Positions 20,463 through 27,231 of a stretch of 64,000 bases of DNA are shown in pieces. The notes beneath the pieces are model-generated. The model did not search any database and had not been told where the DNA came from. It saw only the letters and a program-made list of their open reading frames with translations. Positions within the stretch are counted from its first letter, which is position 1. Each line of letters opens with the position of its first letter. This DNA is from Acidimicrobiia bacterium. GTDB taxonomy: Bacteria > Actinomycetota > Acidimicrobiia > Spongiisociales > UBA5794. Made by a program: the position numbers and the translations under genes. The DNA is taken from contig BTQL01000007.1 of assembly GCA_036985855.1 (NCBI GenBank), positions 3,060-67,059 on the forward strand, read 5' to 3'.

Positions 20463-20864
20463 TCATGGACGTTCACCGGTCATGGCTCTCACAGGCTGCT
20501 CGGATTCGAGGATCTGTGCATCAGCAACGAACCGGTCCATCACAACGGCGATGCGCTCTTCGGGGTAGACCAACCCGATTCGTTGGGCTTCCGTGGCGAT
20601 TCTCAGAGGGTCCTGGAGTCCGGCGAGGTCGTATCGAAGATCGAGTTGACGTGACTGCTGCACAGCGATCTCCGTTTCGATTCTGTCGAGTTCGAACGCC
20701 GTCTGGTCGAGGGAGATTCGCAGGTAGATCATCGCAAAGAAGACCGCTACCACTCCGATCGCGAACAGGACGAGAGGAAAGATTCGAGGCCCCGATGTCC
20801 GCACGCGATCGTCGCTGTCATGCCGGGCCAAGAGATCGCTGTACGGAATGGCATGCACGGTCAT
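20463..20864 (-). CDS. ftsL: Cell division protein FtsL-like
   Basis: One TM plus a short coiled coil and the RIATEAQRIGL motif; lies between rsmH and ftsI. Confidence 0.8.
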   Translation of the reverse strand: MTVHAIPYSDLLARHDSDDRVRTSGPRIFPLVLFAIGVVAVFFAMIYLRISLDQTAFELDRIETEIAVQQSRQLDLRYDLAGLQDPLRIATEAQRIGLVYPEERIAVVMDRFVADAQILESEQPVRAMTGERP

Positions 20865-21793
20865 GAGATTCGTTCTCCAGCTCGCAGCACGGCGCTGCGG
20901 GATCGTGGATTGTCTTTCACTTCGTCATCAGACGGACGAACAGCTTTCGGCGTGAGGATCCTGAAGTCTGGAGCAGCACCGCAGACACATGTCGGAAAAT
21001 CCGGAGGACAGATGCAGGTACGCGCTCTGTCGAGGAACGCTCGCTTGACGATGCGATCCTCCAAAGAGTGATAGGCCATCACCACGAGCCGACCTCCGAT
21101 CGTAAGCCGGTCGAAGGCTGCGACCATGAAGCCGGCGACACCCTCAAGCTCATCGTTGACAGCGATCCTGAGCGCCTGGAAGACTTTCCGCGCCGGATGA
21201 CCGCCTCTTCGCGCGGCAGCAGGAACAGCGTTGGCGACGCATTCAGCAAGATCGACGGTGTCCATGATCGGGCGCCTGGCAACGATCGCTGCTGCGATGC
21301 GGCGCGCGTGCCGCTCCTCGCCGTACCGCTTGAAGATCGAAACAAGCTCTTGTTCTTCGCAGTTGTTGACGAGTTCAGCCGCGCTACGGGCGGCGTCAGG
21401 ACCCATACGCATATCGAGACGGCCAGACCGGTGATATGAGAAACCGCGGTGATCCGTGTCGAGCTGATGGGACGAAACACCGAGATCGCAGAGAATGCCC
21501 TCAACCTTGTCGGGGAACTCGGCCCGGTTGAGGACATCGTCGAGGTCGCGGAAGTTGGCTTCAACGACCGCGAGGCGGGGATCGTCGAACGCCTGGTCAA
21601 CAGCATCCGGGTCGCGGTCGATACCGATAACGCGAATAGTTGGAAATCGGTCAAGGAGCGCACGGCTATGCCCTCCCCCGCCGTAGGTGCAGTCGACGAT
21701 CCAACCGTGGGCTGCTGGTTCCAGCCATGACACCACCTCTGGGACCATTACCGGTATGTGGTATGTCTCGTCGCTTGATGTGGGCTGATCCAT
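20861..21793 (-). CDS. rsmH: 16S rRNA m4C1402 methyltransferase
   Basis: HIPVM, DCTYGGGGHS, DLGVSSHQLD, LDMRM, FQALRIAVNDEL, YHSLEDRIVK, NPRSRSA.LR. Confidence 0.98.
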   Translation of the reverse strand: MDQPTSSDETYHIPVMVPEVVSWLEPAAHGWIVDCTYGGGGHSRALLDRFPTIRVIGIDRDPDAVDQAFDDPRLAVVEANFRDLDDVLNRAEFPDKVEGILCDLGVSSHQLDTDHRGFSYHRSGRLDMRMGPDAARSAAELVNNCEEQELVSIFKRYGEERHARRIAAAIVARRPIMDTVDLAECVANAVPAAARRGGHPARKVFQALRIAVNDELEGVAGFMVAAFDRLTIGGRLVVMAYHSLEDRIVKRAFLDRARTCICPPDFPTCVCGAAPDFRILTPKAVRPSDDEVKDNPRSRSAVLRAGERIS

Positions 21794-21874
21794 GGTCAGC
21801 CCCCCGGAGCGCTGGCGCCAAAGAGGAAGCGGGCGGAGTAAGGGGCCTTCCCGATGGCATCCGGGGGACTGACC
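21794..21874 (-). ncRNA. Structured 5' leader of rsmH resembling the actinobacterial mraW RNA motif
   Basis: On the minus strand GGUCAGUCCCCCGGA pairs with UCCGGGGGCUGACC immediately before the AUG. The enclosed region contains CUUCCUC...GGCGCCAG. Confidence 0.55.
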
Positions 21875-21913
21875 GCGAGCCAGCCCACAACGAACACGTT
21901 CTGTTCTTTCTTG

Positions 21914-22345
21914 TCATATTCCGTCCTCAGTCAGTACCTCCTCGATTGCGGCGTAGTAGTCGTCGGCCTCGGCGGCAACGTTCTCCCACGTCGCGGAATC
22001 CCAGATCTCGACGTGATCCGCGACACCAACAACCGTTATGTCCTTCGCCAGCCCCGCATACACCCTGAGCGCTTCCGGAATCTGACATCGGCCCGTCCTG
22101 TCGAGCGTCTGGCTCGACGCGGAGGCGAAGAATGAGCGGGAGAAGTTCCTTGCCCGACGGTCCGTGCGCGGAAGCTTCAGCACACGCTGCGCCTCGTTCT
22201 CCCACTGGTCCATGGGAAAAACGTAAAGACACCGCTCCTGCCCCTTGGTCACGACACAGCCATCGCTGAAACCCTCGCGGAACCTGGATGGCATGACAAC
22301 GCGCCCTTTTGCGTCGAGTGAATGGCTGAATTCGCCAAGGAACAT
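21914..22345 (-). CDS. mraZ: Division/cell wall cluster transcriptional repressor MraZ
   Basis: MFLGEFSHSLDAKGRV (DxKGR), second repeat LDRTGR, GVADHVEIW. Confidence 0.98.
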   Translation of the reverse strand: MFLGEFSHSLDAKGRVVMPSRFREGFSDGCVVTKGQERCLYVFPMDQWENEAQRVLKLPRTDRRARNFSRSFFASASSQTLDRTGRCQIPEALRVYAGLAKDITVVGVADHVEIWDSATWENVAAEADDYYAAIEEVLTEDGI

Positions 22346-22380
22346 GGTCCGCTGTCTCCATCATCATCATCGGGATGTCT

Positions 22381-22445
22381 CCCACGAGAACCCACTATGG
22401 CCCACTCTATGACACTTGTCAACACAATGGCACACGGAAACCCAC
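22381..22445 (-). repeat. Array of seven 10-bp-phased GTG(GG) boxes (putative MraZ operator)
   Basis: Minus strand: GTGGG tttcc GTGTG ccatt GTGTT gacaa GTGTC ataga GTGGG ccata GTGGG ttctc GTGGG. Confidence 0.8.
22394..22422 (-). promoter_or_regulatory. Sigma70-type promoter of the mraZ/dcw operon
   Basis: TTGACA (22422-22417), N17, CATAGT (22399-22394) on the minus strand, embedded in the box array. Confidence 0.7.
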
Positions 22446-22613
22446 CGCACACTCGTGTGCAGATAACTCGGTCACCACCTCGTTCAGAGCACAGAGCTCA
22501 GATGCCGCTTGGCTCTCTTTCGGACATCCGTTTCCCTACCCCTCCCCCAAATCCAGCGAAGACGCCCTGTTCCGTCTACCGTCTACGGTCAACAGATTCT
22601 CGGAGGCTCTCTC

Positions 22614-23126
22614 ATGCACGTATTGGTCGCCACAGACGGAAGCAGCAGCATCGACGAGATGGCGAAGTTCGCATACGCGCTTGCCGGCTCGGACGGAACC
22701 ACCACAGTGACAACGGTCGTCCCGGTACCACGCCAACTGGTCGCACAGTTGCGCGAACAGTGGGGCGAGCCGGCACCGATATCCGTCGATACCGACGCAG
22801 AGTACGTGGGTGCCCCGGAGGTTGCAGGCGCCATCGCGAAGAGCTTTCCAGGCGATGACGCTGTGGTCGATCAGTACCTCGGTAACAAACGCGTCGAAGT
22901 CTGCAATCCGGTGCGCGAGGCGGTCCGCGAACTCGGAGGGCCCGCAGAGTCCAGGGTCAGTGAGGGAACGGATGTCGCTGGTGAAATCATGGCAACCGCC
23001 GCGAGTATCGATGCAGATGTGATCGTGATCGGATCCCACGGACACGGCGCGTTCCAAGGACTGCTCGGATCGACCGGAGCGAAACTTGTACGCAGGGCAA
23101 AACGTCCCGTGCTCGTGCTCAGGTAG
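22614..23126 (+). CDS. Universal stress protein
   Basis: Start re-picked at ATG 22614 (MHVLVATDGS). DVIVIGSHGHG...LLGSTGAKLVRRAKRPVLVLR. Confidence 0.93.
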   Translation: MHVLVATDGSSSIDEMAKFAYALAGSDGTTTVTTVVPVPRQLVAQLREQWGEPAPISVDTDAEYVGAPEVAGAIAKSFPGDDAVVDQYLGNKRVEVCNPVREAVRELGGPAESRVSEGTDVAGEIMATAASIDADVIVIGSHGHGAFQGLLGSTGAKLVRRAKRPVLVLR

Positions 23127-23158
23127 CAGGGACCTTGGCGACCACGCTTGAGCGATGA

Positions 23159-23187
23159 TTGACCACTCAACGCGCTGGTGCGATAAT
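23159..23187 (+). promoter_or_regulatory. Sigma70-type promoter of the recombinase-like gene
   Basis: TTGACC, N17, GATAAT with a TG extended -10; followed by GGAGG/GGAAGG before ATG 23208. Confidence 0.6.
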
Positions 23188-23207
23188 CGGAGGGCAAGGA
23201 AGGCATC

Positions 23208-23732
23208 ATGAAAATCGCCGGTTATGTACGACAGACTCCAGGGAGAACGGATCCGGATTCGGCATTCAGCCAGAGCGAACGCATTCGGCGCTGGGTTGCA
23301 GACACATCCAATGAGCTCATCGCAGTGTGCCAGGACCACCACGCCGCGTCCGCACAGACCGACAGACCGGGCTTCAGAGCACTTCTCGAGATTGTGCGAT
23401 CCAACAGCGCAGACGCTGTCGTGATAGCGAACCTGTCCGCCCTCTCCCCGGACAAGATGACTCAGGAGATCATGATCCAGGATCTCCTGAGAGCGGGCAT
23501 AACGGTGATCGCCACCGATGAGACCGACATTGCGGCCTTGCAATCGAGCGAAGATGACCACGCACGCATGCTCGTTCGTGACGTTCTCGCCCGGATCGCG
23601 GAGTATCGAGAGGCCTTTGGCCTGTCGGGAGAGGTTGAACCCTCCGATCAGCCCGGTGTGATCAACGCGGACCTAACCCTCACCAAGGAAACCACCGACG
23701 TGGTAGTCGAGCTGATCACCCCGGGAGCGTAG
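23208..23732 (+). CDS. Serine recombinase (resolvase) catalytic-domain-like protein, catalytic residues degenerate
   Basis: GYVRQT (canonical Y.RVS), Q..I, D...S...DRPGF..LL, VVIANLSALS (canonical DRL.R), E-helix AEYRE; no C-terminal DNA-binding domain. Confidence 0.75.
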   Translation: MKIAGYVRQTPGRTDPDSAFSQSERIRRWVADTSNELIAVCQDHHAASAQTDRPGFRALLEIVRSNSADAVVIANLSALSPDKMTQEIMIQDLLRAGITVIATDETDIAALQSSEDDHARMLVRDVLARIAEYREAFGLSGEVEPSDQPGVINADLTLTKETTDVVVELITPGA

Positions 23733-23756
23733 GCTCCCAGGGCGACGCCACGCTCC
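23722..23756. terminator. Hairpin(s) at a convergent junction
   Basis: GGGAGC-gtag-GCTCCC, with an alternative pairing of GGGAGCGT with ACGCTCCC (23749-23756). Confidence 0.4.
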
Positions 23757-23761
23757 CACTC

Positions 23762-24640
23762 CTAGAGAGCCAGTGCAGCCCAGGTCGCTCTTCCGAGCGC
23801 AAAGACTCTCCCAGCCACAACGATGGCTGAGCCGGTCGCCAGTTCACCATCGACATCGAGGACGATGAGCACGATGTCGACTCCTTCGACCCTCCGGTCC
23901 TCTATCTCGACGACGGTCGGGTCTGGAGCAGTGGGATCGGCAAGCTTCGCTGCTGCTTTCACCACAGCCAGCTCGACTCCACCCTCGGTTGATGAGGCCG
24001 TCTCAGTGATCTCGGTTCCATCAGATGCGCCGACGGTGACGGTGATCCCTGACCGCTTCTCCTCAACGGCAACCCGTTCGATCCTGGTGATCATTGCGCC
24101 GGTAGCCCGGGGTGGTGCCGCCTTTTCGACGGGGACTGCGTGCTCAAAATCTCGTGGTCGCAAGAACGCGGGAACATCTTCGCCCTCCTCCGATCCGGGC
24201 GCTGCAGACTCCTGCAACCGATCGTCCGATTCCTGGGAGGACTCCGGCTCGGGTCCTGAGGTCTCGCGGTGGTCATCGGTGAGGTCGATGATCGCCCGCC
24301 CCAGGTCTTCGGGATCTTCGGAGTCGTCTTCGGCATCTTCGGAGTCTTCGGGCGCTTCCTGAACGAGACCAGGCTCATCCGCTTCAGATGTGAGCAGAGC
24401 GACCGTGCCGGGATCATCTTGAAGCTCGTCGCGCACCGTCGGTTCGCCCGGCAACCGGGTGTCGGTTCCGAGGCCGTGTGAGCTCAGGACGCGCCGAATC
24501 GCACCACCTACGGCCTGCTGGTCTGCCCCTTCAGCGATCCTGATACGCAGCCCGGCAGGTGCGTCCTGGGACCCGTCGACCTCGGCGCCCTCGACGCCGG
24601 GAATTCGAAGCAAGTCATCCTGCAAAGAAGTAGCGATCAC
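23762..24640 (-). CDS. Hypothetical two-domain protein with an acidic low-complexity linker
   Basis: 292 aa: compact N-terminal alpha/beta domain, E/D/P-rich linker (EDSEDAEDDSEDPED), C-terminal beta/alpha domain of about 110 aa. Confidence 0.75.
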   Translation of the reverse strand: MIATSLQDDLLRIPGVEGAEVDGSQDAPAGLRIRIAEGADQQAVGGAIRRVLSSHGLGTDTRLPGEPTVRDELQDDPGTVALLTSEADEPGLVQEAPEDSEDAEDDSEDPEDLGRAIIDLTDDHRETSGPEPESSQESDDRLQESAAPGSEEGEDVPAFLRPRDFEHAVPVEKAAPPRATGAMITRIERVAVEEKRSGITVTVGASDGTEITETASSTEGGVELAVVKAAAKLADPTAPDPTVVEIEDRRVEGVDIVLIVLDVDGELATGSAIVVAGRVFALGRATWAALAL

Positions 24641-24664
24641 CGTGCCTCCTTGCCCGCTGATATG

Positions 24665-24898
24665 TCACGCTGCTCGTCTCCATCGAAGATACGAAACAAC
24701 GTCGCTCGGGACAAGGGCCAAATCCGGTTGTCCAAAGGCAGTAGTCACCCGCCACTCCGTCACGCTGCGGTCAGGAATCGGAAGAAATGGGGCCCTCGCC
24801 CACCACCGTCTCGGGGCAAACGCGAGCAGCGCGCCGATCGCGGTCGGCCACAGGACAGGCCGCACCAGTATTGCAAAGAACACACGAGCATTGACCAT
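24665..24898 (-). CDS. Small hypothetical protein (Trp/Arg/Pro-rich)
   Basis: 77 aa, protein-like composition, 24 nt upstream of the 292-aa gene on the same strand, divergent from moxR. Confidence 0.6.
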   Translation of the reverse strand: MVNARVFFAILVRPVLWPTAIGALLAFAPRRWWARAPFLPIPDRSVTEWRVTTAFGQPDLALVPSDVVSYLRWRRAA

Positions 24899-25075
24899 CT
24901 CGATACGACGATAACCGACAAAACCTGACGTGTCGTCCTCCCGCGTGCCTGCAAATGCAGCAGAGACGTCCGTGTACCCTGTCCTGTCATGGTGCCGACA
25001 GAAGTCTTTCGGTCACCGAAGTTCCGATTCGCAGGTATTGTCAACACGATTCGACCCGGCATTGGAGGAGGCGAC

Positions 25076-26047
25076 GTGCCCGTGACATCCGACGAACTCG
25101 CTTGGTTCGACGACCGATTTCAAGCGGTTGCCGGAAACATCGAACGCGTCATCCAGGGGAAACGTGAATCGATCGAGCTTGTCGTGACGAGTCTCGTCGC
25201 AGAAGGCCATGTTCTCATCGAGGACGTTCCTGGGGTGGGTAAGACGCTTCTGGCGAAGTCTCTCGCACGCTCGATCGACTGCTCGTTCCAGAGAATCCAA
25301 TTCACCCCTGACCTGCTTCCATCAGACGTCACAGGTGTTTCGGTGTGGAGCAGGGAGCAAGGAACCTTCACCTTCCGCGCCGGTCCGGTCTTCGCGAACG
25401 TGCTGCTCGGTGACGAGATCAACAGGGCGAGTCCAAAGACTCAGGCAGCACTTCTCGAAGCTATGGAGGAGCGTCAGGTCACCGTTGATGGAGAAACGCA
25501 CATTCTCGACGCACCGTTCATCGTCATCGCAACACAGAACCCGATCGAACATGAGGGCACCTATCCCCTGCCCGAGGCCCAACTCGACCGATTCATGATG
25601 CGAGTGACCATGGGATACCCGGACCGCGTGAAAGAGCTCGAGATGCTTCAGACGCACGGGGAACACTCGAGTTTCGTCGATCTCAAGCCCGTTGTACACG
25701 CCGAGGATGTGATTCGGATGGCTTCGATCGCCAGGGAGATCCACGTTGCGGATGTTCTGCGCGGTTACCTCATCGATCTGGCCGAAATGACTCGATCTCA
25801 TCCCGACATTCTCCTTGGCGCGTCTCCGAGGGCGACACTGTTCCTGCAAAGAGCCGCACGTACCATCGCGGCCGCCGACGGTCGTGACTATGCAAGCCCG
25901 GACGATGTCAAATCCATTCTCACACCGGTTCTCAATCACAGACTGATCCTCCGTCCGGAAGCTCAGATGCGCGGAACGACCGTAGACGAAGTTCTCGCGC
26001 AGATTTCCGCTTCGGTTCCCGTTCCCGGGACGCGGGACGCCCGCTGA
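25076..26047 (+). CDS. MoxR-family AAA+ ATPase
   Basis: Start re-picked at GTG 25076 after GGAGGAGG. GHVLIEDVPGVGKT, RIQFTPDLLPSD, DEINRA.PKTQ.ALLEAMEE, TQNP.E.EGTYPLPEAQLDRF. Confidence 0.96.
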   Translation: MPVTSDELAWFDDRFQAVAGNIERVIQGKRESIELVVTSLVAEGHVLIEDVPGVGKTLLAKSLARSIDCSFQRIQFTPDLLPSDVTGVSVWSREQGTFTFRAGPVFANVLLGDEINRASPKTQAALLEAMEERQVTVDGETHILDAPFIVIATQNPIEHEGTYPLPEAQLDRFMMRVTMGYPDRVKELEMLQTHGEHSSFVDLKPVVHAEDVIRMASIAREIHVADVLRGYLIDLAEMTRSHPDILLGASPRATLFLQRAARTIAAADGRDYASPDDVKSILTPVLNHRLILRPEAQMRGTTVDEVLAQISASVPVPGTRDAR

Positions 26048-27231
26048 TGCCCACCTTTCGGGGCTGGGCGGCCACAGGGGCCGCCGCAGCGCTCGTACTT
26101 CTCTGGCTGGCATTCGGCGAGGACTTACTGCTCGCTTTGGCGATCTTTCTGATCACCGCCGTTGTCGGAGGAACGGCCTACGTCCGTGTATCCGGTCCGA
26201 AACTTGCGCTCCGGCGCGTCATCAATCCCGAGCAGCTCCACGACGGGGAGCGAGCTCTCGTCGACCTGTCACTGGAATCCAAGCGAAAGGTCTACCGCGT
26301 ACGGGTCGAAGACAGAGTGCACGGTCTCGGTTCGGCTACCTTCGTCGCGGATCGTGTGGCATCCGGGGACACGATGGCAGGGCGATATGAGGTGCTTTGC
26401 AGACCGAGAGGGGTTTACAAGGTAGGTCCATCGCATGTCTCCGTAACGGATCCAATCGGTTTTGCAGAAGCAACCTCAAAGGCAGGGATCGTTGATCGCC
26501 TGGTGGTGTATCCAAGGGTCGAAGACCTTACAGGCGTGCCCACCGGCCGCGGCCAGGATCAAACCATCAGCACGTCAAGAGCGAGCTTCTGGCACACGGG
26601 GGGAGAGGATTTCTTCACGCTGCGCGAGTACCAGCAGGGCGACGACCTCCGGAAGGTGCATTGGCCGTCGTCGGCAAGACGGGATCAGCTGATGATCAAA
26701 CAGCTGGAGATGCCTTGGCAATCGCGGGCGTTCATCGTGCTCGATCCCCGCGTCGAACCTCACCAATCAGCGGAGAGCTTCGAACAGGCGGTCAAAGGCA
26801 CGGCTTCGGTGCTGCGTCATCTGTTCAGAAGTGGCTACACGCCAACGATCTGGGCGGGGAGCGGCAACGGAACCGTCGTCGGGAACGCAGGGGCGTACAG
26901 ACTGGCGATGGAGGAACTGGCGACGATCGCACCTCACCGATCGTTGGATCTTCGCCACCTGATCAGCAGGCTCAGACGCAGCGGCATGGCCGGCGGAGTC
27001 CTCGTGATGGTGACGGGCAGCGCGGATGAAGCTGACCTTGCCGCCTTCCAGCTTCTCAGTCAGGATTTCTACAGAACGGTGGTGCTATCTGTCGAACAAG
27101 GGGATAATGACGAGATCCTTGGGTTCGCACGAGCTGGCGCCCTCGTTGTTCGCACGACGCCAGACGGCGCGTGGGCTGACCCTTGGCGAAACGCAATGGA
27201 GCACGGATGGTCTACCGCTTCAGCTGGATAG
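26047..27231 (+). CDS. DUF58 domain membrane protein
   Basis: N-terminal TMs, Ig-like segment, LREYQQGDDLRKVHWPSSAR motif; follows moxR. Confidence 0.93.
   Translation: MPTFRGWAATGAAAALVLLWLAFGEDLLLALAIFLITAVVGGTAYVRVSGPKLALRRVINPEQLHDGERALVDLSLESKRKVYRVRVEDRVHGLGSATFVADRVASGDTMAGRYEVLCRPRGVYKVGPSHVSVTDPIGFAEATSKAGIVDRLVVYPRVEDLTGVPTGRGQDQTISTSRASFWHTGGEDFFTLREYQQGDDLRKVHWPSSARRDQLMIKQLEMPWQSRAFIVLDPRVEPHQSAESFEQAVKGTASVLRHLFRSGYTPTIWAGSGNGTVVGNAGAYRLAMEELATIAPHRSLDLRHLISRLRRSGMAGGVLVMVTGSADEADLAAFQLLSQDFYRTVVLSVEQGDNDEILGFARAGALVVRTTPDGAWADPWRNAMEHGWSTASAG

Noticed and set aside
19340-20866. 508-aa plus-strand ORF
   Set aside because: Antisense shadow of ftsI/ftsL with no recognisable motifs; long shadow ORFs are expected at high GC.
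22381-22445. Periodic repeats as a CRISPR array or iterons
   Set aside because: Units are 5 bp with 5-bp spacers, there are no cas or rep genes, and the position over the mraZ promoter explains them.
23208-23732. Recombinase-like gene as evidence of a mobile element or invertible region
   Set aside because: Catalytic residues are degenerate; there are no long inverted repeats, att-like duplications, cargo genes or obvious composition shift around it.
24305-24350. TCTTCGG tandem repeats
   Set aside because: They simply encode the acidic EDSEDAEDDSEDPED linker; no sign of a separate DNA element.
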